Source: Lama glama | Lineage: Eukaryota | Assembly: GCA_028534125.1 (NCBI GenBank) | Contig: CM052817.1 | Coordinates: 57,910,001-57,974,000, forward strand | Length of the DNA stretch: 64,000 nucleotides | Direction of reading: 5' to 3' | Shown here: positions 12,251 to 23,066 of the stretch, piece by piece | Layout: the number at the start of each line of letters is the position of its first letter | Position numbering within the stretch: position 1 is the stretch's first letter | Made by a program: the position numbers and the translations under genes | Notes under the pieces: generated by a model | What the model was told of the DNA's origin: nothing | Database searches by the model: none | What the model saw: the letters and a program-made list of their open reading frames with translations, nothing else

Positions 12251-15200
12251 CTATGGTATTTTACTGATGCTGTTGTACAAGGACGGTGTGCTGGGGAGAA
12301 CATTTCCTCTGACTGCTGATCTCTGAAAGCTGTTCTCTTCTTACAAACCCAGAACACTTGCTTATCCTCAAGGACTTAGTAATTGAACTACTGAACCAAA
12401 TGAGACTTTATTTGAATGTTTTTCTCTCCAATTATTGACATCAACAAAATTAGGTTTGTTAGGGTATAATCTTGCCTTTAGAAAATTATTTCCTCTTAAA
12501 ACAAATTACTTTTTACTAATTTATTTTTTAAAAAAGATACAGATAATAACTGGTCACATATGCTGGGCTGGTTATAGACTTGAGAAAGAAAACAGCAGGT
12601 TAGATTTACAAAAGTTATTGTCATTAAAGTACATGACTACCTTTGATATATTTAGAATACATTTATCCCAGTTATCATCATTGAATTTGGTAGGGATTTG
12701 ACTGCTATGCAATTGAAGGGGTTAGTGTGTGATGATGTACTATCCTGTAATTTGATAATTTTACTGTTAGTAATGTCAAACTTAGCTCAGGTAGGTTTCT
12801 GTTGGGATATATTTCCATGCAACAGTAGACTTATAATTAAAACAATAGTGGTCCTCATAAGATAAACTAGTGACAACATGAATGAATCATTTTCCTATAA
12901 AAGATTAATTAACATTTTTCTGTCTAATAAAATCCCACAGAGAAACTTAGTCCTTTCCCTCATTTATGAATTGACACACACATATATATATTGTTGTCAT
13001 TTGTAATTTGTAGTCACCTTTAGGTACAAGGTAAAGAAATGATTATTTGAGTTCGCACATTTTCTTAAATGGGGGAGGCACACGTTGATGTTAGGTGAAC
13101 TGTGGGAGTTTGAAGGGAGAGTCACCAGATAATCCTTTCACAAGTAGCCTTGCCTACCTTGTTTCGTATCATTTTCCTCTTGCTCCTCACTGAAACCCTA
13201 AGTTCATCTCAATAAGGGCATGACAGGAAACAAAGTCATAGAGGTCCCTAAAAACATAATCTCCCCAAGCACCTAATCTTCAACATCCGAGAGAAAATTA
13301 CATACCAGTAGCTAATTCATGGTGGCAAATGTGCTAGTTTACCTTGATTTCTAGCGAATATTCTCAAGACTTGGTATTTTCATGCTGTTGTGTCAATTCA
13401 AGTCACAGGTTATCAATGTAAATTCAATCTTCTATGAAGAAGATGACAAGCAATTTATTAATCTGAGTTCTAAAGACTAGTATAAATAAATAATGCTAAT
13501 TCTTAGATTGCTGTCTTATTTCCTAAGGAAAATATTTGTCATGGTCATGATTTAATTGAATCCTTTGTTGCTTCAATCCACTCTCAATTCAGGATAAAAA
13601 TGGATATGATTTTTGGTCAGGGTACACTTCAAATGGCAAATGACCAATTAATGGAATTTCTGTTATTATTTAGTGTTTTCATTGGCTTCCTAGAAGACTG
13701 GATTTCTAAAATGTTTCAATCAAAAGTACAGTAGATTGTTTACAATGCTTCTCTAAGTTCATTATCCACAAGTCTTCAAGTTGTGTAAGTCAAAATAGAA
13801 TCCTTTTCTACCTCTTATTCTGTAAGTTCTGCAAGTAAGGCTCGTGTTCATAAATAACCAAAGATGTCTGCTTTTTCCTAGAACAAACTTTTACCTATTA
13901 ACTTGGAAAATCCCAAGAATCAATACAAGCTTTTTTCAGTACATGTTACTGCACAAAAGCAACAGTGTTATTACCCTGAAAGAGAATCCCAAATGCAGCC
14001 TGCTGTTTGGAGGGTTAGGACCCCACGGAAAGCTAGACACTTCAAAGAAACTGCTCTCTGTCTGCTGTAATCAGTCTGGAAAGGTACAAAGGATTTCTAG
14101 ATTTAAGCAAAATGCTTGTCTGGGATCATCACATTTGCTTTTATACTGCCTGTCACCAGTTCATCATGCTGAGTTTTCTGTTTTTAAACTTACATTTTTG
14201 GATTATTTGGCTTTAAAATTGTATTTACATTTTTAACATCCCTTAATAAGCTTATTTCATCGAGAGCATAAACCTAATTACGAGTCACACCAGGGGCTCT
14301 TTGGCTGTGGACAGTTCTTCCAATTTACACTGGATCAAAGATGGCTGGGACACCAGCAATCTGCTGACCTGCATTTTTGCCTCTCAACTATTTCCGTCAT
14401 GCCATGGTTTTACTATGTAGGATTTTAAACAACCTCTGCAGGTGAACTGTGATCTATTCTCACAAACAGTATTTGTCTATCTATCATCTTTTTTTTTTTT
14501 CCAAAACTCAGGATACATAGGGACAGTGGTACTTTCCTTCTTCCTGCCTCTTATCCACCCTCCATAGTCATTCCACCAATACTCACGTGACAGACAATTT
14601 GTTGGCACTTCTGAAGTTACTCATTCACTGTAATAGGATAATCAGTGGATTTGCATGAATTAATTTTTTTAATATCCCTTTATTTTGGTCCTCTCAACTT
14701 TAATTCTTTTATTTTTTGTTTTTATCAGTTCTTTGTTTCACATTATTTTTGCAAGTATCACCATGCTTGAATAAAATGTGCCAGTGTCTTTTTATGTCTT
14801 TATGGAACTGAATTTTCCGATTTCTCATTCAAAAGAACTTTGCACAATAAGCCCAATGTATCTGCCTTAGACAGATGAAATCACTGAGTCACCTTTGTTT
14901 GTCAAAGAACATTTGATCCTAAGAAGCTTAAATATTCCAAAGAAAATGTTTACTAACTTCATTGACTCTACTCTGGGGGAAAATGTGTGCCCTCTTTGGT
15001 CTTTAATATTTAGGATGATTTCTGCATTGTTTTAATTATAATCAAAATAATTATTATTTTAAGCAGCATAGATTTCTACATCCATACTGATTTAGAGGCA
15101 TACATTTCATACTGATTTGAATTTGCAGTGATTTGATTTTACAGTTATATAACATTTCCTTTAGTATTAAATTTTATAAATCATTCTTGCCCCACCCCCA

Positions 15201-16199
15201 ATAAAAAACCTCAATCACAAATGAGAGGGAAGAATATAAATTAAATGTAACAAAATACATATTCACAATAGGGAAAATAATAGAAATAGAAAAGTAAGGA
15301 GAAAAAAAAATCATATATAATCCAATCATTCAGTTAACCTACAGTTACTAAGAACTTTCTATAGTTTGGTATAAGATCTTTTATAAAATAACTGGTATTG
15401 CAATCAAAAATGAGGCTGATCTTCTTCTTTTCCTAAATAGTACCTATCCATTCTAATGTCTACTTTCACAAATTAGAGACGTAAGTTATTACACATACTA
15501 CAAGCACATAAAAACATTTTCCAGATTTCCAGCTCTAGCAACTAGGTTTCACCCATTAGAGTCAGATAATTTTCTTTCTTATATGATTTGTGTAATAACT
15601 TATTTTTATGCATTTGCACATAATTAATATTTTCTGTCTTACTTCATAGTAACATTTAATTCTCTCTCCATTCCCTACAACTTCATTTGCAGCATTAATG
15701 TTTATTTTCAATGTATGATTTCTTGAGATATGGAATATCTTTAAATATCATTTTGGATGGTTTCTACCAGGATGCCATCCAAACATAAGTACTTTAATAA
15801 AGGCTATATTTGTCTGATCATGACTTTTTTTTGTGGCAAATGACTTACTTTGATGGTGTTAAAATTTCTCAGCTTCACTGGAACACAGTCAATTCATATT
15901 CCTGTACTATCTTACATGTGGAGGAGACTAAGCATACATGGGTGGATGTAAACAAAGTTTTTTAGAAACTGCCTCGAGAGAAGTCATCGATCAATATGCT
16001 CTAATTGAGAAGACACGGGGATCAGAAAAAACTATGTACTGATACAACAAGCGTGTACTAGCAAGTAAACTACCGCCAGCATTACTCGCAGGGATCCCCC
16101 CTCCGCACAGCAGGGCCTCTGGAGACTCCAGAGGACGGGTCGAGATCATCAGTGGGCGCTGACTCGGGCAAGATGAGCTTTTTCTGAGGGTTTTCCCTT

Positions 16200-19100
16200 T
16201 GAACCACAATTTTATGTCTCTCCTTATTCTGACATAAAATTCTTATTCTGACATAAAAACCCAGTTTGGTTTTGCTGTAAAGAAGTGTACAAAATAACAG
16301 GAAAACCAGTTGAGGTCTAACGTTGTCAGCCCACTGCTTGTACCTGCCTACTCTTGGTCTGAGGAAAGTTGAGAACCATTGCACGAGGCAACGCGGATGG
16401 TGACACAGCCCTGAGTTTTCAGTCTGAGGGTCTGTTCTCTTAAGAAAAACAAACTCTTAGTCAAGTCTGAGCCCTGCACTCGGCTGACTGCATTTCCTTC
16501 ATAGTAGTGCTCAAAATAGTTGACTTCTTGGCCCGCAAAAACACAGAAAAGCCTGGAAAAACTGCTGTTCCCAGCCTTCACGGACTGGGCCCAACATCAG
16601 CCAATAGTTTTACCAGAAACTCCAGGTCTGTGTGATGCAGCAGTGTTGGCTGCACCTGGAAGACCCACCAGTTCAGGGGAGCTGAAGGAAAGCACTAATC
16701 TGGGGCTCAGAGCACACTTTGTTCCTTCGTAGAAGTACCTGGGCACGTGAGGGGCTTGCCGCCTCAGCTACTCTCCCCCTTACTGCTGGCTTTGAGGGGT
16801 TAGCCTGCTGCTCTGACAATGGAGGTTGAGAGAGAGAGATCCCCAAGTCAAAGGCTTGGTCACTACCCCAGGTTTCAAACCCAAGAACTGAGAACAGTCT
16901 GTGGATGCCAATCTCTAGCAAATAGTATTCCCTCACTCCCCTCAAAAAACAGAGAGAAATTAAACAGCCTCCAGAGGCGTGAGACAGAAAGCAAGACCCT
17001 CAGGATTTAAGGACCAGTTCCGTCTCCTAGTTATGGTTTCTGGAAAGAAGCCCGTGCAGTGGTGACTGTCTACCACTTGGCTCTGAGAGCTCCTGGAGAA
17101 GCCACTGAGGAGAATGAACAGTCTCAAAGATAACCAGCTGGGATCTGAGGGTTCACTTAGGGCACACCGAAAAGCTTTCCATTAGAGGCAATCGTCAGAC
17201 CTACAGACCAAACGCACGCGACCCAGATGCCCAGGAATCTGTCCAAGCAGCTCCAAGACTGTAACCAGTTTGGTCAGAGGATCCTAATAGTTTTCCCCGA
17301 TGTGCTGAAGGTGGGCTTGCCTGTTGCAGAGGGGCCTTGGAATGTCCAGGCTGTGTCTCACTCGCCACCTTGAGAAACTTACCCCAATAAGGAGGTGGGT
17401 GGAAGAGGCGACTGTATCACCCTGAAGAAAGTGAAGTGAGGAGGCTGCCTTAGATGCAGTCAAAGCTGACTTTGAGAGAGGAGACAGGCTGAAATAACCA
17501 AGCCCTCACTTCTTTCTGAGCATGTGGGAGTTTAATCTGGTCAATGACCAAAACATTTTGTCTCCCCAGCAGAAATCACAAATAAGCTAATCTAGAAATC
17601 TGGGCAATCCACGTCAAATAGGTTCAGTCCGAGGCCTCCATATAGCCCACAGCATTTAGCACAACCGTCGATGTTTGCTCCTTCTGGCAGACTTTCCCTT
17701 TTAACAGATATATAAGCTTAAAAGCAGTTTAACGCTAATGGTGGGCTCATACAGAAGAATGTTAAAATTCTCAATGAGGAAAAACCAAAATGTGTCCCAT
17801 TGTATAAAGGACTCTTTCCTTGCATAAAACAGGGATCTGATGATTTCCTCCCATTTCTCCCCTCTTTCGCAGAACAAGTCTAACTCCAGTACACCTTATA
17901 CAATAGTTATATAGAACACCAAGAACATAATAATATACTAATGTCTAGAAAGTAAAAGCACAATAAACCATATTGTTATCAGAAAGGACAGGTACTAACA
18001 GAACAAAACACAAACTTCCTGATAGAGTTCTAAATCCAGATGATTCTTACGTGTTATCTACATTAGACACATTATCTCCATTTTCAAGATCCTTCAGCTT
18101 CCTCAGGCCAGTCTCTGGATGTATTTAACATGTAAGAGCTGTTTTCAGCAACTCCACTAAAATTTTTCTTAGCAAGTTTTGTTTGGGCTTTGGAAGAGTT
18201 TTTGCTTTGTTTTCCAGTTGACTAAAATGGAGGCCAAATTTGACTAGTGTATTTATTTAAACTGCAAGTAATGGTATAAAATTTGTTTGCCCTGATAACT
18301 GCCTAAACAATCTCAACCTTCCTTAAATACCTGTTTGTCTAATAACATCACCCTCACCTGTTTTGTTTCTCTTTAATCTCTCTGCCTTTTATTAAATCAC
18401 TCTAAGGCTTTTTAATCCATGCTGGTCACCCATCTGGAAATAGGTGATTTCTCGTAGCTCTCATTTCACTAATTTTACTCCTTAAATTTCCTGTTTATTT
18501 TTAACATGCTTATTCTCTACCTTAGACTCACTGCTGTGATCACATTTTTCTTCCTTTATTTCCCTTCCTATTAAATTAGCAAATATACTGTTAACATTCC
18601 CCATTTGGGGAAAGTTTTTTCTCTCGAGGTGACTTAGAGCAAAATGACACCAAGGAGATGTTCTAGGTTGAAATTCCTCTAACTCAGCCACAGTCTTCGG
18701 GGGTAGAGTTTCCCTGCCTTACACTTTCTCATTTCACCTTTACCTTCTCGCCCAACAAGGTAATCAGGGCTAGTTCCACTAAGAATACACACCTGTATCA
18801 ATACCGCCAGGCAATCATATTAGGCACAGCTGTGAACCCCCCTCCACACAACCATAAGGCAATTTATAGTCAGGAAACAATATCTTCTATCTCTTGAATC
18901 AGAGGACCCTCATTAATATCAGGTTGAATCAAGTTTTGCTACAGTCATCCAAGAGCCAACCCCTATTAATCAATTCTAACAAAGTAGGCAGACAAACCCG
19001 AACCAAGAAATCCAAAGTCCTGGGAGTCTAACCGAGGGTTTGAGACTCAAACCCAATTCCTTGAGTACCTCAGCAGTTGTAACTTTTATATCATCTCCCT

Positions 19101-19349
19101 TGGGCTCTAACCCAGTGAAAATCTCCCCATGGTGGGCCTCTAATCCAGAGTCCTGACAAGATTATTAGACAATTTAGCACAGGCACATTTTAACAAGGTA
19201 CTCACCCCAAAGACATCTGATCCAGGACCGCAGCAGTGGGGACAGCCAACTCTCCAGACAAATTCCGTTTAGGTGATCACTAAGGTTTGGTGGCAAGTGC
19301 CTTTAGCAAGCAATCACAAGACCCCAGTCCCTTTCTGGTCCCCCAAAAC
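16200..19349 (-). mobile_element. ERV1 (MER4-group-like) degenerate internal region; 3' boundary uncertain
   Basis: PBS-like site next to an LTR at 19327-19345, a minus-strand gag-like start MGNVNS at ~18604, and AT-rich internal sequence. No intact pol/env ORF and no 3' LTR seen. The 16.3-17.55 kb part is not confidently assignable. Confidence 0.55.
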
Positions 19350-19826
19350 CGTTACTGAACAAGGGCTCATGACCCAGTGTGCGCAGAAGATGCTGGCACC
19401 AGCTTTTGAGAAAATAAAGAGTTCTATTCCAAGTTCAACTGACAAGGAGGCAAGAGATAAGGCTCTCAAATCTGTCTCCTCAATCCAGGTCTCAGGGCAA
19501 AATTTAGGGGATTAGGGAAATTTCGAACTTGGAAGTTGATTGGCTAGTCTTGAATTAGTCCATATAAGCTCCTCATGCTGCAGGTAGCCAGATTTTCCTT
19601 GTTAAGGGCTTCTTGCTTTGTAAAGGGCTCTGGTGGCAACATTTTTATTCTTCAAGTTCCACAGACTGAAGATTCTGGGTTCTGGCATTATCCTGGAGAC
19701 ATGGTCCTTGTCTTGCATACACGCCCAGTGCCGTCTCTGAAAATTAACTCCAGGTTTGATTAATCAACAGCCTATTTAAGGAGGCAGAACCTGTTTAAGC
19801 TGGTCAGTGTTTTAGGTGTTGTTTCA
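19350..19826 (-). mobile_element. ERV1 5' LTR
   Basis: On the minus strand it begins TGAAAC (19826) and ends ...GTAACG (degenerate CA) a few bases before the PBS-like site. Length ~480 bp. Confidence 0.6.
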
Positions 19827-20497
19827 GATTTAACAAGAGAAATGTTATTTTTGCTACTGGAAATAGTATCTTTTTGAATTTGCTATTAGTACATCAAACT
19901 CTAACTGATCTTAACCATATGGCTAAACTTTTTTATTCATTGTAAAAAGTTTTATATTGATCTTAACCAAATTGCTGGACTCTCTTATTCATTTTAATCA
20001 CTCACATCTAGACTATTTTATATTTTTGTTATTCACAATCATATCACCTGCTGGTAATAACAGTTACTTTTTCCTCTTTTTTTGATCCTTACAATATTTA
20101 TTTACTTATTTAATTTATTGACTTTCATCTTACTGCACACTGTTCAAAAGAAGTAATGGATCTAGGTCTGAGTCTCTAATCTCAGTCTAATATTTTTATT
20201 TGCCATAAGGGCAATCTTGGATTTTGACTTAGCATATAGCTAAACAATACAGATTCTGGTTTTAGCTCTGATTTATTCTTAATTTACTTTGATCTTATAT
20301 TGTTTCTTTATAATGTACAGTAATATAGTAACAAGTATATTTTCTCTCATTTCTAGATATTTTAAAGCTAGATATCAATTTTTCAAGGTATCTGCTATAT
20401 AGTTCTGGCAGTAGATACAGGTCTATGAAAATAACTTTGATGAAAATAATTCTTTTTGGCAATGATTTTTTTCCTAATGAAATGATCTCTTCCTTAG

Positions 20498-20617
20498 GAA
20501 CTGGTGCGCTTATGTACATACCAGATTATCTCCCACAGTGGTACTGGACAACCAAGTCACTTATGTCCCAAGTGGAAGAGGGCCCTGTGGCTGGAACAGT
20601 GGATCCTGTCCTCAGAG
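20498..20617 (+). CDS. MMRN1: Multimerin 1 coding exon 2 (EMI domain, N-terminal half)
   Basis: ttccttag|G acceptor; encodes NWCAYVHTRLSPTVVLDNQVTYVPSGRGPCGWNSGSCPQ(R); AG|GTACGT donor; 120 nt, phase 2-2. Confidence 0.96.
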
Positions 20618-22169
20618 GTACGTGATGTTTCTTGAAAATAGTCACTGCTTGCACCATAATGTGTGGACTGGAATATATAGAGAAAGTTAATCATCCCAGG
20701 TACACGTAGGTATAGTAGGGTCAGGGTAGGGTCATCACCTGAAACTCAGTGTATGATATTAAATAAGTCAAAATGGAGAAACTAGTAATACTTGCCTCTT
20801 ATGGATGTTTTTAGAATATGTGAGGTAATAAAGGAATATGATTAGCCTGGTGTCTGGCACTTGGTGAGTCTTCAGTGAATGTTACTGCTTATGTTTATTT
20901 CTGTTTTTACTATTACTATATTACTATGACTTTTACTCTACAACCTGACCAACAACTCTGTCCTTTAGTCCCTTATGAAATGACACAGTTTTAAAGGTTT
21001 ATTGGTAATTTCCCTTTCCTACTAGGTCAAAGCGAAGTCCATAATTTGACAAAATACTAATTGCAATTATACATGGGAGAGCAGCTAAGTGAGGCCTTTC
21101 TTTTTGTGTCAATTTTAATGACTTGTGTTATTTAGGTTCTTTTTTAAAATTATGTAATTATCCTAAAATGTGGGGCTGAGTAATTGATAAATTCTCTGAA
21201 TTCACACAATAGCTCAGCCGGGGGTGTTCCAGGGAAGCCTACAATAAAAACTATAATTGCCATTCAGGCCATGATGGCTAATGTTATGCAAATTGTCATA
21301 CAAATAACTCAAGCAGTGATTCTGACAAATCGGCAGTCTGGAAAAGCGCGCAGTGAGGAAACATAAAATCAAGGTGTTCCTTAGTCCCTTGAGGAATAGC
21401 TGAGGCTCATGGTCCTGAGGCTGAGCACATCTTAGGGATCTGGGAGCACTGAGCTCCAGTTCTGCTTCCGGCATTTACTCCCTTTGTGACAATTTCCTTG
21501 TCGACATGAAATACAAAGAATGCATTGTTAACTGCTTAGTAAGGAAAATATAAGCACAATAACCCCTATCATACAGTCCTTCTGAGTTCACAGTGAGCTC
21601 TTTTTCTCTTTAAACAAACTAGAAATATAATATTTTTATTCTCAATTCTTATCTTTCTCTACCTTTGAATGGGTCTTTCCATTTAGTCACTATTTCAGTA
21701 CATGCAAAGTGTTTGTCACTTCCCCTTTTTTTAAAAAACATCTGAGCCACATACACTAGCAATCCAGTTTGCCAAAGAGGGAGCATGGAGTCCAACAAGA
21801 ATGCAACTAACCGCTTGAGTTCACCCTGATTAAAGAGTCCTTTCCCAAACCACCTTATTTTCTATTTAGCTTTAGCTGCTGGACTAGAGAGGATATTTCA
21901 CTGTACAGAGTCATTTGCTGGGTATAATTTATGGAAATAAACACAGATAAATGATTAGCCTACTTTCAGAGATGGAAAGGAGTCTTATAGCTCATTTTAA
22001 AATTGAGGAATAATTTCACATAATTACCTGTCAAGTTATAGCAGAAACTAAAACCCAGTCTCCTAAAACCCAGTTTGTTATAATGCATTACCCCCACATA
22101 ATCAGGTTTTATCCACGAAAATGACTACTGTTGTCTCCACATAGTCATACATGACAAAGTCTGGAAAAT

Positions 22170-22380
22170 AAGAGGGGAGGCTAAGTTACACAGTGTGGAT
22201 TAAAATCCCAGCTCGACCACTTTTAGACATGAGACTTCCAGCAAATTATTCCATCTCTATTTCCCTTGGGTTCCTCATCAGCAAATCAGGATAATAATAA
22301 TACTTTCCTCATAGAACTAATGTGAGGATTAAACAAGATAATATATATCCATGTCATAGACCCATTTGATAAATATTAGC
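22170..22380 (+). mobile_element. MIR SINE
   Basis: aatcccagctcgaccactt...gcaaattattcc...ttcctcatcagcaaatcaggataataata...gtgaggattaaa. Confidence 0.6.
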
Positions 22381-22959
22381 TAAAAATTGAAGTCACAGGA
22401 AAAAGAATAAAGCCAAATTATATTTATGATTTACATTTGTATATATAAAGCCTGAAATTTTGTACCATTCATTACTTATAATGATTGTTAATCTGAAATG
22501 TTACAGTTTCATTTCCCTTTTATGTTTTTTTCCCAGAAACATTTTCTCATGTTAGATCACTTCCTACCCCTTCTCTCTCAGAGATATAATAAGAATTGAA
22601 ATAAAATAAATTACCCTCTTAAACTATTTAAAAATTAAGATTAAAATAAGTTTCAACATTGGTTTAGTGAAAAGCATTATCAGGGGAAAAGTTATCATAT
22701 CTTTAAAAAATTTAATGATAGGTATGAATTTAAAATACCAACAAGTATAACCCTTAATTTTTTTTGTAATGTGTCTAAAGAAATTCAGGTTTGACAGTAA
22801 TAATCTTTTGATGAAGATTGTTATAATGAGAAGAAGAATAACAAATAACACTTACTGGATGCTCATATTTCAGACATTGTTTCAAACACTTTAATTATTC
22901 CAATTGATAATTTCATGTGAGACAAATGATCAGTTTCCCCCAATTGCTCTCCTCTCTAG

Positions 22960-23066
22960 ATCACGGAAGATATCAAATCCTATCTACAGGATGCAACATA
23001 AAATTGTGACCTCGTTGGAATGGAAATGCTGTCCTGGATTCAGTGGCCCAAAATGTCAGCTAAAAG
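22960..23066 (+). CDS. MMRN1: Multimerin 1 coding exon 3 (EMI domain, C-terminal half)
   Basis: ctctctag|A acceptor; encodes SRKISNPIYRMQHKIVTSLEWKCCPGFSGPKCQLK (EMI WxCCPG motif); G|GTAAAT donor; 107 nt. Confidence 0.96.

Noticed and set aside
15991..16209. 72-aa minus-strand ORF across the cassette
   Set aside because: Non-ATG start, no recognisable domain, and the differences from the second copy are non-synonymous in this frame.
8663..16258. Short tandem duplications (cttttatt(g/a)gacca ~8663, gggtactaatcctt ~9063, ttattctgacataaaa ~16224)
   Set aside because: Two-copy local slippage duplications, not arrays. No CRISPR-like repeat-spacer structure was seen anywhere in the window.
16730..16748. 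KYLG reverse-transcriptase-like motif
   Set aside because: Preceded by a stop, opposite to the ERV orientation, with no YxDD motif nearby; chance.
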